A stretch of 64,000 bases of DNA from Antedon mediterranea (Eukaryota > Animalia > Echinodermata). The DNA lies in the NCBI RefSeq assembly GCF_964355755.1, contig NC_092679.1, positions 16,475,432 through 16,539,431 of the forward strand, in the 5' to 3' direction. Below are positions 24,739 to 37,462 of this stretch, one piece after another; the stretch's first letter is position 1; each line of letters starts with the position of its first letter. A program made the position numbers and the translations under genes. The notes under the pieces were generated by a model. It was not told the origin of the DNA and did no database searches. It saw nothing but the letters and a program-made list of their open reading frames with translations.

Positions 24739-27700
24739 TTAAAAGAAGCTTGAGATTTCCCATACGCACACTACGAAAAGCCCTGTTTCCGGTCGCTGCG
24801 ACTATGTTATTGTATAAAAGTGTCAAAACAAAACATGGTTGGCATTCGTTTTCATGTCGCACCAAGCAACTACACATTTTGAATGCTTGTTTATCAAGAG
24901 TACTGAAAATAATCATAGCTATTGGGAACTCTGCAAAATGTTTATAGCCTTTTCATGCCTCTTATGTCAGCTCAGTATTCTATTAGTTCTTGAATAGAAT
25001 AGTGATCAGTGTACTGTTCACAACAGTAACCTATCGCAAAAATACAATATTTATTTTATTAGTACTTTCACACATAGGTCACCATCAACTGAAAGTTGAA
25101 AGCACTATAAAGTAAATATTGTGTTTATGTGAGCTAATGTCTACAGTCCTACAATACTTGTGAAATGCACTTGTTAAAATAGTTGAATAATTTATTTAAG
25201 AAAATTAACAAATTACAAATCTAAACTTTAATATTACAACCCTTTGCAACAGGCATTTTGTACTGTATGTACACCATCTGGTTTGTAAATCTTTTTTTGT
25301 CAGATTATGGATAAAGCAAAATTAAGAAGGTACTATTCAATTTTCAAATCACCTAAACAATATAAAATGAAAGTAGAGCCATAGCACGTGTTGTCCTGAA
25401 CTTCAATGCACAAATTGTGGTCAATTTAGCAAGGATGTTTTTAATATATATGTGAACTTTATTCAATCAATCGTACAGTACATTCCAGCCCTTCTAGTAG
25501 CTTATAAATGATTTGTTGTCTCTCTGCATTAATTGATTGATTAATTTGTATCAAGGCATAAAGGTTTGCTGAGGGGAAAACCCCATAAAGTGATGTGGGG
25601 AGGAATTGAGGGAGGAGGATAGTAGTACACTACATTCCACTGAAAGCCCTAAGAAATGTTTATTTTTATTTCAGCCAACCATAGGGATAATAACAGTGAG
25701 ATAAAGGAAATTTAAGTCTAAGGCAAGATGGTATTCTCTTATTGCCTCGTCCTTCGGATGAAACATTAATCATGGATCCATAAAACGATATGCATGATCT
25801 TTATTAAATATACAGTAGCATTGCTTCCTGGTGAGCTGTTATTTGTACGATTACGGCTGATGAGGGTCTATAGAGGGCCTAATCCTCCATACGCATCATG
25901 CAGAGGGACACTAATGCATTAGTAAGAGGTACGGTATACATTATTCATAAGAACTGTGACTAGACACATGACTATCATTCAACACCTTAAAGACAAAATG
26001 TGTTAAGAAGACAGAAAGCACGTACTAAAAATACACATTGTGTACGAACAAACATTAACATTGAGCGTGTTTATGCAGAGTGCAAGCTCATTTTCATGTC
26101 TGAGACTAATCAGTGCACATTCTTCATGTGGACACGTTGTCGCCAGTGCTATACTATGATATTTTTCTTTGTTGTATTTCAGAATGATCAGAAAAATAAT
26201 CATGCTCATAAGTATACTGAATAAAACGTTTTATTCTGTTAATAAATGATATGAGAAGTTTTTATACGTATGGCAGAGGCACCCATAAGCAGCAGCTGAT
26301 TAAGACATCTTCAATTATAGTAAATTTATGACAGGAAAATACATATTATTATTTAGATTAACTATCAGTATGTAAGGAAATGCTTTAGGAAATCTGAATA
26401 AGTTACATAATCATAATTTAGTGTGGCCAGTCTATACAAAGCCTTTCCAAGTGAGCATAGATTAGTAACCTTAGGTCGTAATTATGCTAGCTAATAATTA
26501 TAGATCCTGACATTTTTCAGGGTTGTCTTCTTTATAAAAAAAAAAACATAAATTAGTTAATTATTAATTCATTTTAATTATGAATATTATATTAAAAGGA
26601 ATGTTATAAATACAGCAGTACCTACTGCAGTTTATTTATATATTTATGTATATTGGTACATTTTTTTCCCTTTATATTTTTAATAATGTAGTAATTGTTC
26701 TTGAGCTATGGAGAATTTTGTACTCTGTATTATTTTTTTCGAAATAAAAGATGAAATGAAATGAATGAATGTAATCATCATAGAAATATAATGGCATAAC
26801 TAAAATACATAAATTACATACAGTAGACTGTAGGAAAAGATCATAAAAATATCAATCATGATTATCATACAATAAAACCATCATTATTATGATTCATACA
26901 TGACGACTGTAAAACATTTCCATATAAACATATATTATATCATATTTTGTTCTGATAGCAAAAACAAAATAGATTAAATAAGATAGGATAATTATTTTAA
27001 TATGAGACTACAGTAAAGAGCGCTTTATAAAAGTTCGATATTATTATTATTATTAATATAGAATAAAAAAATATTAAAGATTGGTTTTAATAATTGTTAA
27101 AATATAATCCCACTCGCGAATTTATTCAGTTTCTAAAATCATACATGATGACCAAAAATGTATTTTTATACCAAAACTAAAATAGATAACAATAACAAAG
27201 AATAATATACGGAATAAACTAAAATACACTGCATATTAAAGACTGATTTAAATAACTGCTCAAATCCTACTCCCTAATTTAGTCTCAGTTTCCAAAATAT
27301 GTCTTGAATATGCACTCCACCAAACTTAATATGTTTCACTAAATACAACATTCTTAGATGCATGATGAAATGTAGATTACTCAAATGTATGGATAAGTAA
27401 ACACTAATAGTCTTAATTCTTGGTACAACTAATTGCCTATCTTTTACCATGAGACAAGTACTGTATGATCATCGCTCAAACAAATAAGTGTTGTAGTTGA
27501 ATAATTGCTGCACTTAAACTGAAAAAAACTTTATGAGCATGACAGCGCTTTGTTTGGTTATTTACGATAGAAGATGTTGAATAAAATAGCAAGCACCCAA
27601 GGGATGTATGACACAAGTTTGTACACCCTGGTAAAATATTAAGGAATAGATCTTCTATCTACTATGTACTGTACAATGCAGTTTCATTGTTCTATGGAAG

Positions 27701-28604
27701 TCAACATAAAATTAGAGGGCGCTGCATATGTTTTTGGAAAATTCAAATGTAGAATCTGTTTAGTTACAGATTCTGAAGAAGCTGCAGTGACGGATCCAGG
27801 GTTGTTAAAACGTGGAGGGAGAGGAGGTGGTTGGGGCTAAGTTCTGGAACATGTGCTTTTCATGAACAATAGAACTAACTTTTTACCAAGTTTTCTTCGT
27901 TGTCAAGGCTCAAATCAAGACTAGAAATAAGGTGTAATTTTTTTACATCAAGAGCAGTTGAGATTAAAATCTAGGCTAGAGAATTATATACAAATGAAGA
28001 GTTTTCAAGAATGATCACAAGGGACAAACGAGCACAGTTCAAGGTAATTCATCTATGTTTGTTATAAAAAAAATTCAAATTCAAGAGTTGTTAAAAATTT
28101 AAATGACTACAATCTATGTGAAAACTAACCCTAAAAGTAGATTGAAAATAATATCAGGTTATTTGTATTAACATATGATCATTATATGTAATGACATCTC
28201 TTGGACTGATATAATATGTATAATTATCTATGAATACATGGAAAAAGATACTGTATTTCATTAGCAAATAGACATGAATATTCAGAATTAATCCACTATA
28301 ATGAATATTTACAGTAGCCTGGTCAAATCTTGATGACAGTCAATAGTGTGTTCAGACCTTAAGTTTCATTTATAAGCTCTGGTGACAAAATAATCATACA
28401 CATACAAAAGTATTAAATGCATGATCTCTTGTCAGGTTTCATTCACACTGTCACTAGTACTCACCACATGTTGAGAGGAAATTAAAGTTGTACCAACATT
28501 TGCAACGATGTATTCCCCAAGATACAGTACACCATTTTCAAAACACTAGATGCAAAATGCCTTATGCAAATGAGTAGGTCAGAGGGCCACTAAGCCTAGT
28601 AAAT

Positions 28605-29645
28605 CTGCAGAAAGAACACCAGAAGGAATGGATCAAATGAAAAACATAAGAAACACCAGAAGTAACGCCAGAAAGAATCACCAGAAGTAGGACCAGAAGG
28701 AATCAGCAGGAAAAAAAACAGAAGGTACAGCAGAAAAAAACACCAGAAGGTACAGCAGATTAATCACCATAAGAAACATAGGAGCAGCAGCTGAAACACC
28801 ATAAGCAACACCAGAAGGAACAGCAGATGAAACACCATAAGCAACACCAGAAGGAACAGCAGATGAAACACCATAAGCAACACCAGAAGGAACGGCAGAT
28901 GAAACACCATAAGGAACACCAGAAGGAACGGCAGATGAAACACCATAAGGAACACCAGAAGGAACGGCAGATGAAACACCATAAGCAACACCAGAAGGAA
29001 CGGCAGATGAAACACCATAAGGAACACCAGAAGGAACGGCAGATGAAACACCATAAGCAACACCAGAAGGAACGGCAGCTGAAACACCATAAGCAACAAC
29101 AGAAGGAACAGCAGATGAAACACCATAAGCAACACCAGAAGGAACGGCAGATGAAACACCATAAGGAACACCAGAAGGAACGGTAGATGAAACACCATAA
29201 GGAACACCAGAAGGAACGGCAGATGAAACACCATAAGGAACACCAGAAGGAACGGCAGATGAAACACCATAAGCAACACCAGAAGGAACGGCAGATGAAA
29301 CACCATAAGGAACACCAGAAGGAACGGCAGATGAAACACCATAAGGAACACCAGAAGGAACGGCAGATGAAACACCATAAGGAACACCAGAAGGAACGGC
29401 AGATGAAACACCATAAGGAGCAGTAGCAGTTAACACCATAAGGAATACCAGAAGGAACAGCAGAACATCATAAGGAGCAGCAGCAGAAACACCATAAGGA
29501 ACACCACCAGAAGGAGCAGCAGAAGTAACACTAGAAGTAACACCAGAAGGAACAGCAGAAGAAACACCAGAATAAAAACCAGAAGGAACACCAGAAGGAA
29601 CACCTGAAGTAACACCAGACAGAAAACAAGAAGGAACAGCAGAAT
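28605..29645. repeat. 36-bp (3 x 12-bp) minisatellite with degenerate flanks
   Basis: core 28785-29420, unit GGAACACCAGAAGGAACGGCAGATGAAACACCATAA. Confidence 0.97.
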
Positions 29646-30154
29646 TAAAATTACAAATTGTGTTTGATTTGTTCAATATTGGATTGATCTGTTGTATTCA
29701 AATTACTTTTCATTTTAAAATAAAATTAATAAACAATGAAGATTAATCTCTTTGTTATTTATTCAAAAATATTACAATAAAATCTTAAATTAAATTAACA
29801 AGAAGTACAGTTCTTGCCATATGAACATAATTAGCCATTGACCTGTACCTACTGTAGTATACAGTAGTAGTATGGTAAATAAAACATAAATCAATTTTGT
29901 ACCAAATTATTGATACAGTATATGCAAGATGTAACAAATACCCTAAATACAAAAAAGTCAGATAAAGCCTTTGATTTCTCTTGTTTATAATGGGTAGGCC
30001 TAACCTACCATTCGATAAGTGTACATTTTATGTATCATTTTCTTATACTATTTTTAATACCGGTTGGAGCCAATCTAGTCTTGTTGGGAAAACCTGCTTC
30101 GGGAGAACACTGTTCAAGTTATTTTGCGTTGCTGTACACACTTCTTTTATGTAT

Positions 30155-30510
30155 ATAATAATAGTTCATTCTTATATAGCGCTCTACAAGCAAGCTTCTC
30201 TAAGCGCTGAACATTATTACCCCAGTCATTTATTGGATCAAACACATATGGAAACATAAACACATATGGAAACATAAACACATATGGAAACATAAACACA
30301 TATGGAAACATAAACACATATGGAAACATACTCCCATAATGCAACTAGTAATCAGCGCAAAGTTGTGTCTTGATCTAACCTGGTACCCATCTATACACAC
30401 TGGATGGAGAGAGGCAAAGTAAAGTATCTGGCCTAAGGATACAAGCAATGCGACAAGAGTTGCTGGGTCTCACGATCAGTAGTCCAATGTCCAAATGCCC
30501 ACACGTTCTC
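30155..30510 (-). mobile_element. tRNA-derived SINE with CORE-like domain and L2-type tail; internal 18-bp x5 expansion
   Basis: reverse-complement homolog of 57862-58165. Confidence 0.8.
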
Positions 30511-31207
30511 AAATCCTTTGCTAAATTTGCTAAATAGTTTTTAAAAAATTATTGAGAACAAAGTTAATCATTACAGCATCGATGTCATAACAAACACCTA
30601 AAGGAGGGCGGACGACTCGCCACATTTGTTTTCAGTTTATGATATTTATAAACATGAGAGACAACATCTATACACGTGACATGAATTGTCGATTTTCACT
30701 TGCTTGGCTGATTTATGATGGTATGTTTTAGTACGACATCAATTTTTTTTTCAAGAGGGTAATTTTGGTCAATTTTTAATGAACCATTACATCAGACAAT
30801 TTTATAACGATTTCAGTCTCAGTGTTTACTAATCGCATCTGTCGCCCTCTGCCGATATTCAATATATATCCATACAAAAGTTCATTAATTAGTTAATGAT
30901 GTGATATTTGCAAACGGTATACAGCTTATAATCTGGTCCTTCACAATAGGAACATGATATTTTAGTTTTATATACACATGATACAGTATATCAACTATAC
31001 ATTTCAAGAAAATAAATTCTATAAAATGATAAAAAAAAGCATAACAATAATGCTATAGTGCCAATATATCACAACTATGATATAAAGTGCTTGAATTTAA
31101 AACACTAACAAGATGTCTTGTGCAAAAACAGTGCGTTGTTAGTATTAGTATTAAGTATTGTTCATTTATTTGGCTAACCTTATAAATGTTAAAACCTATA
31201 AATAACT

Positions 31208-31275
31208 TCAAAACTTTTCTGCTGTTCGACTTGCAACAGCTCTCATATTTCCATAGACCTTTGAAGGAGGGCTCC
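31208..31275 (-). CDS. PNO1: RNA-binding protein PNO1, exon 6 (last)
   Basis: TTTTTTACAG|; (G)SPPSKVYGNMRAVASRTAEKF*, conserved PNO1/Dim2 C-terminus. Confidence 0.95.
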
Positions 31276-31332
31276 CTGTAAAAAAACACAGACAAAATCC
31301 TGTTATGATATAGTAATATTATGGAAGTCATC

Positions 31333-31659
31333 TTTTATTTTTTATTACACCTTATTTATAGAGGGTGATCCTAAACAGAGTATGCCGACAATCAAGGGGC
31401 CCTCTTGATAAGCGACAGTGGCTGTGTACGTGTATACTAGTACACCGGGGTAACCCCCTACTCGTCTCGAAAGATGTACTAGTTCTACTAGGTCCTTTAA
31501 AGTACACATGGGCAAGGTGCGTACACTGGACCTATGGTTTATAGTCTTTATCCGTTCTACCACCAGAAACCATGGACCGAGTGAGGTTTGAACTCTTGCC
31601 GATGTTTATCTGACAAGGTATTACAGCACCACTGTCTTAACCGCTTGGCCACTCACTGC
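31333..31659 (-). mobile_element. tRNA-derived SINE with Deu/Nin-like central domain, in PNO1 intron 5
   Basis: head with A box TGGCCAAGCGG and B box GAGTTCAAACC; GACTATAAACCATAGGTCC..TTAAAGGACC..GAGTAGGGGGTTACCCCGGTGT; A-rich tail. Confidence 0.75.
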
Positions 31660-32113
31660 TCATTATCATCCACATCATTGGATGAATCCTTTTATAAAAT
31701 AATGATTCTAGCAAACTTATATGATTTGGCTTCTATCTAAATTAAATTGTTTTTGTTTGGCTTTTTAAATGAAGCAATATATTTTTACAATTTTACTATT
31801 TTTTTATATGAGCAATAATTGTAAATGTATCATTTTATCAATAAATTGATCAGCAACAGACTGTAATTCAACAAATATTTTTTTTTAATATTCAAAAAAA
31901 ATATAATAAATTTAATATTATTTGAATTTTCTTTCATTTTGATTCTCGCATGTTTTTTTTTTTTTTTTTACTGAAATGCTGGAAGGAATTAATACTTTAT
32001 TATGTGGTAGAATGCTGTTTACATTTTTTTTTTTTGGATATGTGTCTATGGTGAAAAGAGTAGCTTGGCACATGAAAAAGTATAGATGTTTACATACAGA
32101 ATCATTAACTCAC

Positions 32114-32302
32114 CAAGTATAAGACTACATATTGCCGTCCGTGCAATTTTTATGTTTTGAAATGATCCTAATATATTGATTTTACTGCCTGCTAATACAA
32201 CCCTGGTTTTGGTTACATTTTCAATAGTGAATTTAGTCTTGCCTCCTTTGCCTGCTATTCTCCCAATGGCCCTTGATAAATGGTCTCCCTTCAATGGTTT
32301 CA
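32114..32302 (-). CDS. PNO1: PNO1 exon 5 (KH domain)
   Basis: [34 protein letters not shown]...ICSLIL; CAG/GTGAGT boundaries, phase 1/1. Confidence 0.97.
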
Positions 32303-32470
32303 CTGTAAGAACAACAATATTTAAAAATAAATGTATTGGTCTATCTACATTTGGTAGAGTACCTTCTTTGACACACCTCTAATCAGGGAACACTATTAAG
32401 ATACATTTATATGAGCAAACCTACTCATGGGATACTGAACCTATTAGGAGTTTCCACTGTATCTGTTTAA

Positions 32471-34052
32471 AGGGGGATTCTGGGTTTAAAATTGCTTTTA
32501 AATATCGTTTATTTATTAAATAAAAAATATTATAACAATATAGACATGTCAGAATGAAGAAGTAATAACGAGAAATTAAAAAAATTAAATTTCATATACA
32601 TTTTAGGGTAAATTCATGGAAAGTCTGTTTTTCAGCAGCTTAGGGAAGCTCATTAATATTCATGAGATATTCACAAAATCACGTCACCAGTGGATTCCAA
32701 ACTCGCGACGTCATGTACGTTGTGTTTGTCAACTAATTTACATCTCTCTCCCCTGTCAAACGACGACCACCCGATCATTGTGAAATACATTTTTTGTAGA
32801 TTTTCTAAGCTAGGCCTAAAGTGTAATAATAACAGTAGTAGCATATATTTATTTGACATTTAATGAAATACAAAATTTAGTACAGATACGGAGTCATAAA
32901 TTATACTATTTTTATACCTCTATAGTACAGATCGTATTATCGGCTTCACGTACAATACTACTCTAGGCCTAGGCCTAGCCTAATAATAATATGGGCAAGA
33001 GCCATTCTGACTAGGGATTCCATGCCACGATGGCTACGTTAAAACAATGGGGCCCATGGGCCTAGCTAGCCTACTACTAGACGATTGGCCCATAAATAAC
33101 AAAACCCATCCTATCAACCAAACTCCTAAACAATCTAAACCTAAAACGTTCTACAAAATCGGCTGTAAATATTGAAGCAAAACAAGGTCCGATCGCCGTC
33201 CACACGTATGGTGTCCCGATCGTCTAAGTAGGCCTAAAATAAAATAGGCTTAGTTTACTCTCCAAAAAAGCGGATACTCATGCATCAAGCAAGTAGACCA
33301 GGTAGTAGGAAGGAGACCTAGCCGATCCGGCCCAGTTAATAATTGAGCTAGCTAGTGTAGTAGACCCTATGCGAATTGATACTACCAGGCCTTTTACTAT
33401 AGGCTGCACTACACAAATATTCCAACTCTCTCATTCGAGCTATATTATCTATACCATTCCGGTAGGTCAAGTCGACCTTCAATCAAATACTGTACATCGT
33501 TCATGTTGTGATTATAGACGGGGTCATATACTCGACCCGACCAGTTTGGTATTGTTGTATCTGCTTATCACGTGACGATGCCAGGCATGGGCAGCAGAGA
33601 GAGCACGTGTATCGTCGTCTCGCTCGATCCTCAGCAGGAATGTACAGTATACGTTACGCTTCATTGATTTTGATTTTTCCCTAAGTCGGTGCGAAAATCG
33701 GCAAACGTAAAGTGCAAACATATCTAATTTTTCACTGTTTTGTTGCATTTTCATAAAAAATTGACTTTATAAATGGGAAGACCGACTAAAATTACATCAG
33801 ATAAGTATAATTTTACAAAAGTAATTGATATGGTTTATGATAACGAGTCGTCGGAAGATGGACCATTTCACGAATTTCCTATTTTGTAACCACAGTGTGA
33901 TTTTGCCGTAGCTGCACTTGTAATCTGGCCTGATTTCACAGCCTTCGTTCTGCTTCACTGGGCGCTTATATAAATTGAAACTTTTACCGTTCAAGAGACA
34001 AACAAATATATTTTACATTTTTTACTATTCATTTTAAACCCGGAACCCCCCT
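32471..34052. mobile_element. 1.58-kb non-autonomous Kolobok-like DNA transposon in PNO1 intron 4
   Basis: TTAA|AGGGGGATTCTGGGTTTAAAAT...ATTTTAAACCCGGAACCCCCCT|TTAA. Confidence 0.85.
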
Positions 34053-34118
34053 TTAATCTGAGGCAATGTGGGCCATGCCAGCCAATTACAGAACACAGAG
34101 AGATGGACAAACCTACTA

Positions 34119-34245
34119 CAGTCAACTATCCCAATAGTAGACTCTGGAAACTGCAAACTCTTCCAAAACCAGAGGCAAGTTCATTCATTTTTACCATTAA
34201 TAACACATTCTGAATACCAGGCTTTCCAGAATAGGAGTCTTGCCT
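34119..34245. mobile_element. Tc1/mariner-like MITE family E, deleted copy
   Basis: TA|CAGTCAACTATCCCAATA..ATTCATTTTTACCATTA..ACACATTCTGAATACCAG. Confidence 0.65.
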
Positions 34246-34298
34246 GTAGTACACTTTTATATAGAATCATTTCATATAAAAACTAATATATGTCTTAC

Positions 34299-34359
34299 CA
34301 TCTGTGACTTCAAATGTCTCAAGAAATAGCTCATCTAACCTTAGCAATGCTAATGCATC
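34299..34359 (-). CDS. PNO1: PNO1 exon 4
   Basis: TAG|DALALLRLDELFLETFEVTD|GTAAGA, 61 nt. Confidence 0.95.
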
Positions 34360-34760
34360 CTATTAAATGAAAAAGAAAAGAAAATAATGAAAATTAAAGC
34401 ACTAAGAAACTTTAGTAAAGTACTTGGCAAAATATACTGCATATTTTTCTTTTGTTTTTTTGTGAAGTTATTAATGAACTGATCTTTCAAAAATTTCAAT
34501 AGGCATGTTTTGTAAGTATATCAGGCCTGAAGTATATACCTATTTAACACTGAAAATTCCGAATGATAAATTCCATTTTGCCAAGTAATGAATAATTTCC
34601 CCTTCATGATTCTCAACACACCAAAATTCTCTGAAATGGCATTCACACTGCTCAAATCTACAAACCTTTTTCAAAGATTAAATTTGAACAGTAACAACTA
34701 ACATGCATATCCAGCCATTTTCCACAGATCCCATTAAAAAAAATACACTGATATTCTTAC

Positions 34761-34844
34761 CGCAACTTCGAAACCCAAAATAAATGCTTTAACAAAGTCT
34801 GCACCTTTCTGTAATGCTCCAACTTCTGATGTTTCTTTTGAAGC
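34761..34844 (-). CDS. PNO1: PNO1 exon 3
   Basis: CAG|ASKETSEVGALQKGADFVKAFILGFEVA|GTAAGA, 84 nt. Confidence 0.95.
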
Positions 34845-35099
34845 CTGTAACAGAAATGCAAAACAGATTATTTTAATGGTTAATGTATCAGGATACCAGG
34901 TGCTAATGGCTCACGATTAGAAAGGGAATATGAAGAGCGCACAAATAATACACGTCATGATAAACAGTTTTCTTTATAGTTTTTATAGGCCTAGTAAAGT
35001 TCACAAATTCATTTTCATCCACATGGTATATGAAGTTGATCCATCCAAATGATGAAGAAATTGGAGTAAATGCTTGTGTTTGTATATGAATGAAAATAC

Positions 35100-35249
35100 C
35101 TTTAATTCTACTTGTCTTGTTTTTAAATTAAATCTAATTTGAAGTTTAAGGTGTTCAACTAAAGGTGTGTATATTTTCATCCAGTTTTCTTTTAATGGTG
35201 TATATCTATTTGATGGAACTGCAATCTTCCTCACTTCATTGCTGCCTTC
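35100..35249 (-). CDS. PNO1: PNO1 exon 2
   Basis: TAG|EGSNEVRKIAVPSNRYTPLKENWMKIYTPLVEHLKLQIRFNLKTRQVELK|GT, 150 nt. Confidence 0.96.
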
Positions 35250-35580
35250 CTATAAAAAAAAAACATAATTGATTGAGAAATGTTTATTTGTAGGCCTACC
35301 TAGAGTAGTTAACCATTTGTAACTTAGTATTTTCTATTGTCAACTGAGCATCAAATTCAATTTCCCAGTTTACTATATAATAAAGCATGCTCAATCGTTG
35401 TGTGTTGAAAAAATTGATTATACTTGCATACTGGCAAAGCACAGAGGATTTACGCCTTCCTAGGCCTAGCCTAGGCCCTAGGCCTAGTAGTATTATTAAT
35501 TAATATTAAAGTAGCTAGGCCTAGGCCTACACCCATTCTGGCCTAGTCTAGATAAGGTGTAGATCTCTAGGCTAGATCTC

Positions 35581-37049
35581 TATGGTCGAAGCGGCCGCCA
35601 ACCAAAGCGGCCGCCAGTTTAATATCGTATGGAACGCCATGTGCGCTTTAATCTTTGATTGTCGTTGTCAACGCCATGGCCTATGGCGAGTTGAGTTACA
35701 GCTGTATGTATGGTCAAACCAATAAATATAAGCCAAATCATGTACTATCGAATCTTTATATTTCTATAATAATTAAGTTTGCCTGCCGATAAATCAATGT
35801 ATATTTTATTTGTAATTTAATATTAACTAACTAAATATATTTACATATACTATCGAATCATTAATAATTTACGTTGACCCGACGTTTCTTGAGCACTCTA
35901 TCAAATCTTTATACAGTATTGCATTAATAATTTACGCACGGTATTGCCGAATATTTATATCTCATTTATTATACTATCGAATCCTTATACAGTATTGCAT
36001 TAATAATTTACGTACGGTATTGCCGAATATTTATATCTCATTTACATACTATCGAATCTTTATACAGTATTGCATTAATAATTTACGTACGGTATTGCCG
36101 AATATTTATATCTCATTTACATACTATCGAATCTTTATACAGTATTGCATTAATAATTTACGTACGGTATTGCCGAATCTTTATATCTCATTTACATCGA
36201 ATCTATATACAGTATTGCAATAAGTTACGTACGGTATTGCCGAATTTTTATATCTCGTTTACACTGTACTATCGAATCTTGTTTTTATTGAATAGTAATA
36301 GGGTGTGTTATACATTTAAGTGTTATTCCATTGTAATACATTGTTTGTGTTTTCAATAAAGCAACGTGAAGACGAAAACGTGACCTTCTACAGCACTATT
36401 CCTGGCCGGCCGCCAGTCGAGTTATTAGCCGCAATTCGCGTAATTAATTACCGTACCGTACAGACACTTGCATCTTATTTTATTATTTAAAACTCATTTT
36501 AAATTGATCAATATTTATATATCTGAAGGTATCAAACAATTTAGGATATTAAACAAATAAATTGATGTCATCATGTTATTGTAATTAAATTATGTTTGCG
36601 AACACGTACTACTTACAGTAGTTACTTTACTAATATATTAATATACAATAACAAATATATATATTTATTATTTTGATATACTTTATTGAAAAAAAATATA
36701 TATTATTCTTAATAATTGGCTTATTATATATTATTATACAATAAAAACACCACAATGTTTTTTATTGACTTTATTAAACATATATATCATTTAGAACAGT
36801 TAAAGTAAGTAATAATCGATTCGCCATTTCGTTTAAAAGAACGTATCACATTCAATCTGTAAAAAAAGAAAATTTAATAATGTAGGTTGTTATTTACGTC
36901 CGAGGAAAAGAAAACCTGTCGATCGAAACAATGACAATCAAAAATTACATTACAAAACAACGACAATCAAAGCGCACACGGCGTTCCATACAAATTACCG
37001 TTATTGAACTAGCGGCCGCTTTGGTTGGCGGCCGCTTCGACCGTAATCC
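35581..37049. mobile_element. long-TIR non-autonomous DNA transposon of about 1.47 kb (MULE-like) in PNO1 intron 1
   Basis: TIR of about 85 bp starting GGTCGAAGCGGCCGCCAACCAAAGCGGCCGC; left tip damaged, TSD not readable, so superfamily is tentative. Confidence 0.75.
35898..36280. repeat. 75-bp tandem repeat, about 5 copies, inside the long-TIR element
   Basis: 25-aa periodicity in ORF 36020-36223. Confidence 0.92.
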
Positions 37050-37219
37050 GGCCTGCTTACCTACTATTTTTTTCAAATAATTGAATTTAAAATCATTTTT
37101 TTTTTGTATTTACATTTAACAGAATCAGAAGAGTGTGCACTGCATGTTCAATAAATGTCTGAATCATAAAAAAGAGACCTAGCCTAGGCCTATAGCAATT
37201 TAATTTGACACAAACCTAC

Positions 37220-37462
37220 CAGTAACTTTTCCCCTCGCAGAGGTGGAAACTTGGGCCTAGCCGTCGACCTAGGCCTAGTGTCCATTGGCTGCTCTTGCTC
37301 GGTCGCCTCCTCCGCCGATACGGTATTGGTAAGCTGAGCAGCCACAGCCTCACCGTCTGTATCGTCGACGTTCATGTCTTGACTCTTTTCCTCAAGTTTT
37401 CGCTTTCTATTTTTCTTTGATTTGACTTCCAGAAAGTCATTGCTTTGTTTTACCGACATCAT
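37220..37462 (-). CDS. PNO1: PNO1 exon 1
   Basis: ATG start, basic NLS-like KKNRKRK, RPKFPPL motif, CTG|GTAGGT donor in phase with exon 2; spliced CDS 795 nt. Confidence 0.92.

Noticed and set aside
34885-34965. C/D snoRNA in PNO1 intron 2 (GAGCCATTAGCA, CTGA)
   Set aside because: No proper C box; the putative guide is mismatched and not adjacent to a D box.
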